A stretch of 64,000 nucleotides of DNA from positions 32,001 to 96,000 of the forward strand of contig WJMJ01000148.1 of assembly GCA_014728035.1 (NCBI GenBank). The letters are read 5' to 3'. A program made the position numbers and the translations under genes. The notes below the pieces were generated by a model. That model did no database searches, had not been told where the DNA came from, and worked only from the letters and a program-made list of their open reading frames with translations. Each line of letters begins with the position of its first letter. The stretch's first letter is position 1. Positions 1 to 9,812 of this stretch are shown here, in pieces. Source of the DNA: Promethearchaeota archaeon (GTDB taxonomy: Archaea; Asgardarchaeota; Thorarchaeia; Thorarchaeales; Thorarchaeaceae).

Positions 1-2
1 AA

Positions 3-161
3 TTCAATTCGATCACGTGTGTTATCCTCTGATAGTTCTCCATCAAAGGTATTTCCTACATTCAATGTTAACTCACTGGTCTGAGCGGCAGCGCCTGAAA
101 AAGAACTAAAAACCAGTAGAAACATGAATATTGATATTATAGATGCATATGATGTGCGCAC
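3..161 (-). CDS. N-terminal part of a secreted/surface protein, runs off the window edge
   Basis: GTG at 161 after GGTGG; translates MRTSYASIISIFMFLLVFSSFSGAAAQTSELTLNVGNTFDGELSEDNTRDRIE..., a signal peptide with an AAA-Q cleavage-like site; open to position 1. Confidence 0.7.
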   Translation of the reverse strand, partial: MRTSYASIISIFMFLLVFSSFSGAAAQTSELTLNVGNTFDGELSEDNTRDRIE

Positions 162-338
162 ATATCCCACCTAAGGTTTTTGATAAATTGTAATCTTTTA
201 AGGATTATCACAATTAGTTTTAATGAATAAATCTTCCAAAACTGATAATTTGATAATTTTCCGCTACAACTGTTTATACAACAAATGCTTTGATGAGCAA
301 ACTTATAACAAATAGATGGTAACGTGATATATTGATTT

Positions 339-704
339 ATGGATGTCCTTCAAATGGTACCTTGTCATCATGTTCATGCTCACGTTATTGATTATCAATC
401 AGAACAAGGGAACAAATGCTTAAGATTCGATATTGGAAACCACTTTGATTTATCAGATCCAGAGATTCAAAATTTACTCTGTCCAAGAGTATACCATGCT
501 CTTTTTGCATTTCATGTAACAACTGATTATTTTTCAGAGGTAAGAGAGCCAAAAATATGCTACATTTCATGTGATAATCCTAGTGACACGATTGTCTTTG
601 AAATCAAGTGTATTCCAGATACGAAAGACGATAAAGAAGACAAAGATACCCCGATTGCTGGATTACCAATAGATGAAAAAAGAAAAGTTGACCCACATCT
701 TTGA
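339..704 (+). CDS. hypothetical protein (121 aa)
   Basis: ATG-started ORF filling the gap, TATA-like TTATAA upstream; no recognised motif. Confidence 0.5.
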   Translation: MDVLQMVPCHHVHAHVIDYQSEQGNKCLRFDIGNHFDLSDPEIQNLLCPRVYHALFAFHVTTDYFSEVREPKICYISCDNPSDTIVFEIKCIPDTKDDKEDKDTPIAGLPIDEKRKVDPHL

Positions 705-743
705 GAATCTTATCGAATTCAAGCACCAGGTACTTTGGTCACT

Positions 744-779
744 AAAAAGAAAAAAGAATGATGCAATAACGCATCATTC
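744..779 (-). terminator. hairpin plus T-tract terminator of the giant surface-protein gene
   Basis: GAATGATGC/GCATCATTC 9-bp stem at the stop codon, followed on the minus strand by TTTTTTCTTTTT. Confidence 0.7.
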
Positions 780-3700
780 AAACTCGTCTTCTTGAAATAA
801 TTATTATCATCACAATCAATCCAGATCCAGTGCTGATAACGACTATAATAATAACAAGAGTACTACCAGGCAGAATGACTGTTATTTCCGTTGTATCAGA
901 AGTTGATGTTGGTGGAGTTGTCACATCTTCTACTGTAACACTAACAGAATCAGATACGGAATTACCTCCCTGGTCAGTTATTGTTATTTCATATACCCAT
1001 ACTCCTACTTCTGGTTCTTCTATCAGATAGACAATGGAATTGTTATTAGAATACCAGTTACCTGATTCTATTACTATTCCTTCCTTTGTAATTTCATAGA
1101 TTCCAGAAGAAAGATCAGACACAAACCATGTTATGTTTGACTCGGCGTTTTCCACTGAAATCGTGAAATCGTCAGGGTTAGAAATTACGGGTGGAGTTGT
1201 ATCGACTACAGTTACGGTGATTGATACCGACTGAACGTTTCCTTCCGAGTCACTTACAGAAATAGTTACATCATGAATACCCAATGTAAGTACACTGCGA
1301 TTTTGGAGTACGCCATCTTGATCAATTCTAAATAGAATATTATCCACATCCCATGAATCGATACCCGAGAGGTCTGTCGCATTGAGGTCGTATAGGAAAC
1401 TGTAACCCAACTCTACAGTCTGATTGGTGGGTGTAGAACCCCAATCTGGTGCGGTAGTGTCGACTACAATGATAGAAATTGACACTGTACAATAATTATC
1501 ACTTGAATCATAAGCCCTAACCTCAAGACTGTACATTCCAATATCCAAGGCTCCATCAGAATTGAGAAGTCCATCAGCATCAATAGAAAAGTGTGTTGTA
1601 TCGTTAATCCAATACGAGTCAATACCATCTAGATCGGTTGCTTCAGAATTGAAAGTATATTCAGTTCCTAGCTCTACATTTTCATCGGTTGGTTCAAATA
1701 TCCACTCGGGAGAAGTAGTATCAATGACCGTGAGTTCAAAGCTGACAGTAGCATCATTACCATAGACATCGTAAGCTATGACTGATATGTAGTATGTGTC
1801 AATATCTAGAATTCGAGCATTAGTGATGACACCTGACGCATCAATTTGGAAGTTGATATGGTCACCAATAACATAGTAGTCAACACCGCTTAAATCACTA
1901 GCATTGAGGTCATATCTAAAATCTGAACCCAATTCTAAGATTATGTTTTCGGGAGTTTCAAGCCAGTCTGGACCAGTAGTATCTTCACAAATAATTGAGA
2001 TTATTTCACTAGTTATGTGATTATAGATATCTGCGACTTCAATAATTATCCTGTACTCTCCAACATCAAGTGTTGTAGCATTAGTTAGGTGTCCATTCAC
2101 AATTGAGAAGAAGTTACTATTGTTAGTAGACCAGCTAGCAATATCATCGACATCTTGGGCTTCAAAGTATCCGGAAAGTTCCTGCCCAAATTCTACAACT
2201 TGGTCAGTAGGAGCTACCACCCAAGTAGGACCAACACCTTCGCTGATAGTAACTGTGACAGATGTGTACATCTCATTACCAACAGTATCATTGACATAGA
2301 TAAGAAGATAGTATGTGTCAATATCTAGCTGAGTTGCATTGGTTAAAGTCCCATCCACAATTTGAAAATGAAGTGTATCATTAACAAAGTAAGTATCGAT
2401 ACCAGATGGATCAACAGCTGAATATTCCATTAATAGTGGAATTCCATATTCGCTTGAGAATGAGTACGGTTCATCTATCCAAGTTGGTGCTTCAGTATCT
2501 ACAACTGATATGACAATGTCTTTGGATAAGGTATTACCATAGGTATCGTTTACAGATATCTCAAGATAGTAAACACCTACAGATAGGTATGAAGCATTTT
2601 CTAGGTCACCATTAGAGGAGATTTGGAAATTGATGGTATCGTTCAGCCACCATGAATCTAATCCAGAAAGGTCTGTGGCTCCATACATTTCAGAGAGGGT
2701 GATATTCAACTCCGCTGTGAAATCATCGGGCATTGCAGTCCAAGTCGGAGGAGCTGTGTCTATAACTTCAATGGTGATGATAGAACTACAATATTGATTG
2801 TAAGGATCATATGCACGAATCTCAAGACCGTAAGATCCAACATCAAGAAAATCTAAACTCTCGATAAATCCTGAATTATCAATAGAGAACAAGGAACTAT
2901 CATTGACCCAGTAAGCATCAATTCCACTAAGGTCAGAAGCTACAGAATAAAATGAATAAACCTCTCCGTATTGTAGAATCTCATCAATTGGTTCAACACT
3001 CCAGGTAGGTGTTGTAGTATCATTAACCTCTATTGTGATAATAGCTACACAATAATGACCGTAGGAATCATAAGCTCGAATCTCTAATCCATAAGATTCC
3101 ACATCAAGAGTATTCTTACTTTCAATCAATCCATCGTTAGTTATGGTGAATAAAGTAGTATCATTTATCCAATAAGAATTGATACCACTCAGGTCATATG
3201 CTTCAGAATTGAAAGAGTAAATCTCTCCGTATTCTATTGTATCATTATTTGGTTCAACAGTCCATGTAGGATCTGTCGTATCTATAATCTCTATTGTGAT
3301 AGTAGCTAAACAATACTGTTCATAGGGATCATAACCTCGAATCTCCAGTCCGTAACTACCGACCTCTAAAACAGTATTGCTATCAATAAGACCTGAGCTA
3401 TAGTTTGAGAAATGCGTAGTGTCATTTATCCAATAAGACACTATTCCACTAAGGTCGAATGCTTCGGAATCAAATGAATAAATTTCCCCATATTCAATGA
3501 TTTCATCTACTGGTTCATTTATCCAGATTGGAATAATACTGTCAGAAACTGTAATTGTAAACGAAGTTGACAGCATATTTCCATAAGCATCATAACATTG
3601 TAGTTCAAGATGATATAAACCGACTTCCAAAATATCCAAGTTCGTTATGATACCTTCAGAATCTACATTGAAACTATCTGTATCGTTTATCCAGTATCCG

Positions 3701-6700
3701 ATAATGTCACTCAAATCAGTAGAATTGGCATTAAATGTATATGATTCACCATACTCAATTGACACATCTTGTGGTTCATCGACCCAATTCGGACTTGTGG
3801 TATCTACCACTGTAACGAATACCGTATCAGAGTTCTGATTATAGTATTCATCTATCAATACAATAGTAAAATTGTAGACACCGGGTGAGAGACCATCAGT
3901 ACTGATAGTAAGAATTCCATTACTCCACAAGTAGTCAAAAGACAGATTATCATCTGTTCCATTTCCTACGACATCGTAGAGATTTGGATGTACATCATTC
4001 AAGCTCCAAATGATTGTATTTCCAGTCGCACCAAATTCGTATCCTCCATCGGTAGGACTTGAGATAGCTGGAACGGTATAATCTCGGACAGTTACATAGA
4101 TGGTATAGACATTACTATATCCCCCTTCAGTTGTAACTTCTATTGTATATGTATGATTATCCAATGTATAATCAAGACCAGATTCAATACGATAATTAAA
4201 AGAACCAGAATTGCTGCCCGAATCTACAACACCAGAAGACCATGACGAAGTGATACTCCATGTAGTAATGTAGTATCCTGATATTATGAAATCAAAGTCA
4301 GGAGGTGTCGGGTCGTTAACTGGATCCCATTGAATCCATAGAGGATTACTACCTAGATTTCCTTCATATAGTAAATCAGTAGGACTAAAGTCGGATAATA
4401 CATCACTAATTGTAGGAACCGTACTAACATGTACAGTTAAACTTGGATCGATATATCTTCTTGTTATGTGATATGTGGATTCTAAACTAGAGTTTACAAA
4501 GAATACTTTGTCTCCAGGTTCAGTGAATATTCTTGTAATTATGAAGTGAGTACCATTCCAAGTTGCGGTTTCATCATCCATCACAATCGTATCCTCTGCT
4601 CCAAAGCTATGACCATCAATCACGGAACGTGCTTTCAGCCAAATGGAAAACTCCTGATTTACTAGGGGATACGAATCCGAACCAAAATCATAGATTTCAA
4701 TACCATCATAAATTGCAGTCAAGCTTTTATCATTTTGATTCACAAGAGTGATTCCATATGGGCCACCTGAGTATGAAATTGAATGGATAACTCTCGTAGC
4801 AGGGTTAACACAGTTAAGTTGGAAATACCACAATCCATCCCCCTGATGAATTAAAATATTAGTCGGACGGTCATCAAGCAGAACAGTGACTGTGCCAGAA
4901 GTCACACTTGTATTGTCATATTCGTATCTCAAATTATGATAGAATTCAATTAAACTATTGTAGTTTGCTCTATTATCTGGTTCGTCAGAGTACTGGTCAT
5001 ATACAATGATTCGATCCCAAATCACAGTAGTGCTCTGAGAATTTTGATTGACCACATATAACCCATGTTCTGGTTCTAATGCTGTAACAGTATTATAGGT
5101 ATATCCTACAACAGTGCTTTGTGAAGCTGATATATACCAATATCCTGATGAAAAAATTGCACTGTATCCATTTATTGAAACAGATCCAGAAGTTAGAAGA
5201 GTATTATCCAATTCGTACCTAAGTTCTACTCCAATATCTACGGAGCTCCCAACATTTATTCTATTATCACTAACAATGTAGTCTGTTACAATCAATTGGT
5301 CCCAAGTAATTTGGATAACTGCACCATTTGTATCAAAGGAACTCAAACCATGTTCTCCGTAGAAATAACCACTAACACCGAGCATTCCACTAAATGGCTC
5401 ACTAAGAGCAGGGTAAACATCATACCAAATCCCATCACCAAGATAAGATGCATGAGAGCTCGCACTCATCGATACAATACCATCAGTTACATTAGTATTG
5501 TCATACTGATATTGAAGCCATGCATAGATGGCGACAGCCTCACCCACATTGAAGTAATTATCTGATTTATTTGTGTATATTGATTTAACAACTACTCTAT
5601 CAGTAATATAACTTTTTGAGTGAACATCATGTAGAAGATTGACATCTTCAAAATCAGCTCCTTCAGCTACAACTATGAAGTCATAATCATATAATCCATA
5701 CTCATTATCAGCTGATACAGCAACTGTAAAACTTCCATCAATATCTGAATATGATGAATCAGCCCAAGGGTAAGTACTTACTGGAAGTGACATCACAAAT
5801 ATATCAATCTCATCTGCAGATGGATGCAGGTTATTAGCGCTATTATAGTATTTTACGACTCCTAATGCATCAAGTATCTTAGAAGCTTCTCCTCGGTCTG
5901 GTGTACCTTCGCCATCGTCTAATCCGAACGAGCTCAAATCAAGACGTGTTTCAATTTCCCAATTAACTTCGTAATAATCACTATCTAAACCTCCATCGGA
6001 GTCGTATGCAACTAATCTCAAATCGATAGTATTAATGTCGGGATGATTCCAATTGATCATAATTTTAAATGTCAAGTCCAGATTGTTTCCTGATTTAGAA
6101 TATCCACATGAGCCAGAATCTAAATCAATGTAATTTGAAGAATCGCTATATTCACTGAATGTATTTGAGTCCTCATTATATCGAACAGACCAATAATTAG
6201 ATGTTCTATCATTACTGTAGCACGTTAGATATACAGAGGTGAACTGAGAATATCCTTCAGCATTTGTATGCGAAGTAGATATGGAATAGTATTTGTTTCG
6301 TGCATATAGATTATCACCGTCATCCATATTCGAACATGTAGGTGATTTGTCATTCACAGGATCAGAATTTGTAAGTTTGATATACACTCTAGAAATATAC
6401 CATGTATCTCTAATTGTGTCTTGAACCTGAGAGTAATCACGAATTTCCATATAACAGGTTGGTCCTGTTAGATAATCATGAATATCCACAGTGAAATCAT
6501 CAGTTATATGATAAGCAACAATGTTATCTGGAGTAGTATCTCCTGCCTCGAATCGAAACGTAAGGTATTCAGAACCAGGAGAGTCACTATGAAAGTCAAC
6601 ACAAAGCTCTTCTATATCATATGTGTCGTAATCAATATTTGTAAATCGATAGGTTTTTTCAAACCCAGAACCCCAATCTGTTTCGATTCCATAAATTCGC

Positions 6701-7425
6701 CAATCCTTGGCTAAGAATGCTCCTGATTCACCGTTGTATCCAGAATATATCACACGTACTCTAAAATTAGAATGAAAATATTGTGAATCAGTTGTACTTT
6801 TGCAATAATCAGAATGACTGCCACTAGGATATGAGCTACCTATATCATCCCAATGACCCGATGAATCATAAAACTGTGCTTTTACAGAATAACTTCCACC
6901 AAACCCATCGTACACTGAAATATCTAGATAAAATTCAATCTTGTTATAAGATGATGTATCTCTTGCAGGACAGTATAAATAAGCTGTTGAGCCAATTCCA
7001 TCATTACTAAATTTGTAAGATGAGGGACTGTATGTAATGTATCCATTGTCTGTCCAGCCCGAGGGTTTGCTTGCAAAATTATATTGAGAAATTAATGTAT
7101 GCTTACCGTAGGTTTGCTCTTGAAGTGTACTATAAGAATCATCGTTTGTTCCCATTCCAGAAGGTAGAGATGGGTTATGATAACCTAAATCTGAAGAATA
7201 TATGCTGTCCACAAAATCATTACCATCAGCAGATGCGAAAAAGATTGGTTCCGCTTCAACTATCTTTGTTTCTTCAACCTGCAACTCCTGTTCAAGACCT
7301 GTAGGTTGTGAAGTTGTAACTGCTTGATGAATTATTGGATTCATTGAATAAATCAACCCACAAATAATCAAACAAGTAATTACACTATACAGTATTTTTC
7401 TTTCAACAAATATTTGACGTGCCAT
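778..7425 (-). CDS. giant membrane-anchored surface glycoprotein with tandem Ig/cadherin-like repeats (2215 aa)
   Basis: N-terminal hydrophobic signal, D/S/T/Y/N-rich beta repeats, many N-x-S/T sequons, Thr-rich linker, C-terminal TM helix and basic tail SRRRV. Confidence 0.9.
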   Translation of the reverse strand: MARQIFVERKILYSVITCLIICGLIYSMNPIIHQAVTTSQPTGLEQELQVEETKIVEAEPIFFASADGNDFVDSIYSSDLGYHNPSLPSGMGTNDDSYSTLQEQTYGKHTLISQYNFASKPSGWTDNGYITYSPSSYKFSNDGIGSTAYLYCPARDTSSYNKIEFYLDISVYDGFGGSYSVKAQFYDSSGHWDDIGSSYPSGSHSDYCKSTTDSQYFHSNFRVRVIYSGYNGESGAFLAKDWRIYGIETDWGSGFEKTYRFTNIDYDTYDIEELCVDFHSDSPGSEYLTFRFEAGDTTPDNIVAYHITDDFTVDIHDYLTGPTCYMEIRDYSQVQDTIRDTWYISRVYIKLTNSDPVNDKSPTCSNMDDGDNLYARNKYYSISTSHTNAEGYSQFTSVYLTCYSNDRTSNYWSVRYNEDSNTFSEYSDSSNYIDLDSGSCGYSKSGNNLDLTFKIMINWNHPDINTIDLRLVAYDSDGGLDSDYYEVNWEIETRLDLSSFGLDDGEGTPDRGEASKILDALGVVKYYNSANNLHPSADEIDIFVMSLPVSTYPWADSSYSDIDGSFTVAVSADNEYGLYDYDFIVVAEGADFEDVNLLHDVHSKSYITDRVVVKSIYTNKSDNYFNVGEAVAIYAWLQYQYDNTNVTDGIVSMSASSHASYLGDGIWYDVYPALSEPFSGMLGVSGYFYGEHGLSSFDTNGAVIQITWDQLIVTDYIVSDNRINVGSSVDIGVELRYELDNTLLTSGSVSINGYSAIFSSGYWYISASQSTVVGYTYNTVTALEPEHGLYVVNQNSQSTTVIWDRIIVYDQYSDEPDNRANYNSLIEFYHNLRYEYDNTSVTSGTVTVLLDDRPTNILIHQGDGLWYFQLNCVNPATRVIHSISYSGGPYGITLVNQNDKSLTAIYDGIEIYDFGSDSYPLVNQEFSIWLKARSVIDGHSFGAEDTIVMDDETATWNGTHFIITRIFTEPGDKVFFVNSSLESTYHITRRYIDPSLTVHVSTVPTISDVLSDFSPTDLLYEGNLGSNPLWIQWDPVNDPTPPDFDFIISGYYITTWSITSSWSSGVVDSGSNSGSFNYRIESGLDYTLDNHTYTIEVTTEGGYSNVYTIYVTVRDYTVPAISSPTDGGYEFGATGNTIIWSLNDVHPNLYDVVGNGTDDNLSFDYLWSNGILTISTDGLSPGVYNFTIVLIDEYYNQNSDTVFVTVVDTTSPNWVDEPQDVSIEYGESYTFNANSTDLSDIIGYWINDTDSFNVDSEGIITNLDILEVGLYHLELQCYDAYGNMLSTSFTITVSDSIIPIWINEPVDEIIEYGEIYSFDSEAFDLSGIVSYWINDTTHFSNYSSGLIDSNTVLEVGSYGLEIRGYDPYEQYCLATITIEIIDTTDPTWTVEPNNDTIEYGEIYSFNSEAYDLSGINSYWINDTTLFTITNDGLIESKNTLDVESYGLEIRAYDSYGHYCVAIITIEVNDTTTPTWSVEPIDEILQYGEVYSFYSVASDLSGIDAYWVNDSSLFSIDNSGFIESLDFLDVGSYGLEIRAYDPYNQYCSSIITIEVIDTAPPTWTAMPDDFTAELNITLSEMYGATDLSGLDSWWLNDTINFQISSNGDLENASYLSVGVYYLEISVNDTYGNTLSKDIVISVVDTEAPTWIDEPYSFSSEYGIPLLMEYSAVDPSGIDTYFVNDTLHFQIVDGTLTNATQLDIDTYYLLIYVNDTVGNEMYTSVTVTISEGVGPTWVVAPTDQVVEFGQELSGYFEAQDVDDIASWSTNNSNFFSIVNGHLTNATTLDVGEYRIIIEVADIYNHITSEIISIICEDTTGPDWLETPENIILELGSDFRYDLNASDLSGVDYYVIGDHINFQIDASGVITNARILDIDTYYISVIAYDVYGNDATVSFELTVIDTTSPEWIFEPTDENVELGTEYTFNSEATDLDGIDSYWINDTTHFSIDADGLLNSDGALDIGMYSLEVRAYDSSDNYCTVSISIIVVDTTAPDWGSTPTNQTVELGYSFLYDLNATDLSGIDSWDVDNILFRIDQDGVLQNRSVLTLGIHDVTISVSDSEGNVQSVSITVTVVDTTPPVISNPDDFTISVENAESNITWFVSDLSSGIYEITKEGIVIESGNWYSNNNSIVYLIEEPEVGVWVYEITITDQGGNSVSDSVSVTVEDVTTPPTSTSDTTEITVILPGSTLVIIIVVISTGSGLIVMIIIISRRRV
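1204..3805 (-). repeat. ten tandem ~87-aa Ig-like coding repeats (approximate boundaries)
   Basis: Recurring DTTxPxWxxxPxD...EYG...AxDLSGIxxYWINDT..F.I...G...L.VG.Y.LEIRAYD consensus, counted ten times in the translation. Confidence 0.85.
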
Positions 7426-7667
7426 TCAAGTCCACCTAAACAACAAGAAGCTGGAAAAATGAAAATATATAAATTCTCCCTAAAATGATAAGTTATCCAA
7501 TAATGAGTAATATTACAACCTATTGATATTTAATAACATCATTATTGCTAATTTGTAACCAGAAATGCTTTCTTACATCAAGTAGTAGAAACTATTCTAG
7601 AAACATTATCTAGGATAAAAAGCAGGGTTCTTGTTTCATCAAAAGAAAATGTAATACAAAAAAGAGA

Positions 7668-7694
7668 ATCTTCGTCAATTGAAATGACGAAGAT
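7668..7694 (-). terminator. hairpin terminator downstream of the 7730-8170 gene
   Basis: Perfect 10-bp stem ATCTTCGTCA/TGACGAAGAT followed on the minus strand by TCTCTTTTTT. Confidence 0.7.
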
Positions 7695-7729
7695 AGAAGC
7701 TATCCTGTAACAGGTCCAATATCAACTAT

Positions 7730-8170
7730 CTACTCTTTGCTGAAAGCGATCATACCTAGCAAGATTACTATCAGTGAGAGAACAACTATAGAAGATAGTA
7801 TCTGCCAAAGAATTGAATCTATGGGCACCAATCTTACACCAATCTGCCCTCCAATGAACATAGATAATCCAATGAAGAAAACCAGCTTTCCGGGTGTAAA
7901 GAATCCACGTTCTATTGCGACTTCAACTTCTTTAGGTTTCTGAGGGAGAAACTTTGCATCGCCCTTGAAAAAACGAGAACCATCTTCAGTAAGATATCCG
8001 TGTAATGTCCCTTCATTCAGGAGTTCTTGAATCATATGTAGAACTTCTTCAGATGTGAGTTTCATCAACCGAGATAAGATATTGATTGAGCTGATATTTT
8101 GCTCCTCAATCATTCTGACTAGATTACTTTTTTGAATAATAGAGATTTGTGAGGTTTGAACTGTCATCAT
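7730..8170 (-). CDS. PCI/DDRGK-like winged-helix protein with two C-terminal TM helices
   Basis: ISSINILSRLMKLTSEEVLHMIQELLNEGTLHGYLTEDGSRFF winged-helix pattern; two hydrophobic helices; paralogue at 33102-33593; start placed at ATG 8170. Confidence 0.7.
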   Translation of the reverse strand: MMTVQTSQISIIQKSNLVRMIEEQNISSINILSRLMKLTSEEVLHMIQELLNEGTLHGYLTEDGSRFFKGDAKFLPQKPKEVEVAIERGFFTPGKLVFFIGLSMFIGGQIGVRLVPIDSILWQILSSIVVLSLIVILLGMIAFSKE

Positions 8171-8232
8171 TATCAAGATACAATCGAACATTAGCTATAT
8201 AGGAGAGAGCCACATTTGGTGTGCAAATCAAT

Positions 8233-8365
8233 AGGACTCAACATGAGGTCACATCATGTAACTGAGAAAAGATAGTGGTCTCAATCACATATCGAAAGAT
8301 AAGCAACTGAGACCGGGATCTATCAAACGCCAGTCCTTAGTTCCTAAGGAGTGTTATAAACTCCT
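8233..8365 (+). ncRNA. candidate structured RNA / cis-regulatory leader
   Basis: Five nested stems including a GAAA tetraloop, plus two overlapping alternative hairpins; see findings. Confidence 0.4.
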
Positions 8366-8418
8366 ATAAAATTTCACGGACTGAAGTCTTAAACTTAATA
8401 ACCTTTCAGGATAATCAG

Positions 8419-9210
8419 ATGTTAGACTGTCCTCTGAGGGCCTCTACCGTGATTGAAAGAATAGTAGCTTACTTGGCTATCATATTGGACTTTGGACCTC
8501 AAAAAATATCCGCTCTTGGAAGTAACCAATCCAGAGAGTATAGTCTATTGTTTTGGGAAGAGCTCAAGCAGCTGCTAGGTCCTATTTTCGGACCGATTTT
8601 TGAACCAATAATAGTACCAATTCTGGATGCTCTTAGTAATGATTCATATCGACTACTATTTGTCGACACGCTTGTGTGGACGTTGGTTATCATCTCAATA
8701 CTTACATTTCTAGCATATGAATGGCCGATTATATCAGGCATTTTTGCACCATCCAAACCAAGAAGAAAACCGCCACCATCAACAACCACGGTTACAGCCA
8801 CATCTGCTCAAAGAGAATATAGGAGTAGAAAATCAAGGAGGATTCCCCGAGATAAAGTTGAATTGCAGCCTGTTAGAAGAGAGATGGAAGGAGTTTCGAT
8901 AAAAGCTAAGATGGATCGACAAGGTGACTATTATACACTGAAAATTCAAATTCATAATGGTGCTGATTTTCCAATGAAGATGTCACTTGTAGAATTAGTT
9001 GTTCCAGTTGGAATCGACACTGCTGTAGGAACATTGAGGATGCAAAGATTGGGTGAGATTGATATCGGTGACTCAAGGTCATGTGAATTCAAACTGATAA
9101 CCCGAGGAGGAGATATCGAAGAGCTCGAGGGTTATGTTGAATTCATGAGTGACTCTTATGAATCTGCACGGATTCCAATACCCAATCTATTCCAAGAAAA
9201 GAGTGCTTGA
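8419..9210 (+). CDS. membrane protein with basic/Pro-Thr linker and C-terminal beta-sandwich domain (true start may be TTG 8548)
   Basis: Hydrophobic segment LVWTLVIISILTFLAY, low-complexity linker, then an Ig-like strand pattern (YYTLKIQIHNGADFPM...RLGEIDIGDSRSCEFKL). Confidence 0.7.
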   Translation: MLDCPLRASTVIERIVAYLAIILDFGPQKISALGSNQSREYSLLFWEELKQLLGPIFGPIFEPIIVPILDALSNDSYRLLFVDTLVWTLVIISILTFLAYEWPIISGIFAPSKPRRKPPPSTTTVTATSAQREYRSRKSRRIPRDKVELQPVRREMEGVSIKAKMDRQGDYYTLKIQIHNGADFPMKMSLVELVVPVGIDTAVGTLRMQRLGEIDIGDSRSCEFKLITRGGDIEELEGYVEFMSDSYESARIPIPNLFQEKSA

Positions 9211-9223
9211 TGTTTTCAATTGA

Positions 9224-9742
9224 TTAATACATACCGTAACCAGAAGTTGCTAACCTTCCTCCAGTTGAACCACTTCCTCTAAGCAGTCCGGTTCCTAACA
9301 TGTATTGTTTATACTTGTCGCCAAAATTTCGTAGCATAGCTTCATCATGACGCTTGGCCATTATGAACCATAGAAATCCAAAGAATGGAATCACTGGAAT
9401 TAGTGCTATGGCTCTAAACAAAAATACGAATGCTATATTCATGTATATGAATGCTGCACCAATAGGATATCGAATGTCAGCGTAGATTCCTTCACTTATG
9501 ATCTCTGTCGCATAGTTGGGATTTAGTCTACCTCTCACATTAGAATTTGCTGCTATAATGTAGCGAATGAATTTCCAAGCGAAATAAACACCTACTAATG
9601 CAAATAGAATGTCCCAGAAACCAATCCCATGAGTCATGTTGTAATAACCAATCGGAATTACAACTAGAAGATTCAAAATTGCTAACAATGTTGGAAGAGA
9701 TTCTATGTCTCGATAATCCACATCTTCGTAGGTAGCGGTCAT
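9224..9742 (-). CDS. ICMT/PEMT-family membrane methyltransferase
   Basis: Multi-TM protein with IISEGIYADIRYP (G-x-Y-x-x-x-R-[H/Y]-P) and E..L..FGDKYKQY motifs. Confidence 0.75.
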   Translation of the reverse strand: MTATYEDVDYRDIESLPTLLAILNLLVVIPIGYYNMTHGIGFWDILFALVGVYFAWKFIRYIIAANSNVRGRLNPNYATEIISEGIYADIRYPIGAAFIYMNIAFVFLFRAIALIPVIPFFGFLWFIMAKRHDEAMLRNFGDKYKQYMLGTGLLRGSGSTGGRLATSGYGMY

Positions 9743-9812
9743 TTTTTTGGATAAACCCTCAATTATTTCCTATACTGAAAGCAGATAAGATTTGTTCATA
9801 ATTGATATGATT

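Noticed and set aside
8355-8367. 13-nt match TATAAACTCCTAT to the element
   Set aside because: No flanking similarity or junction motif; a match this short and AT-rich is expected by chance.
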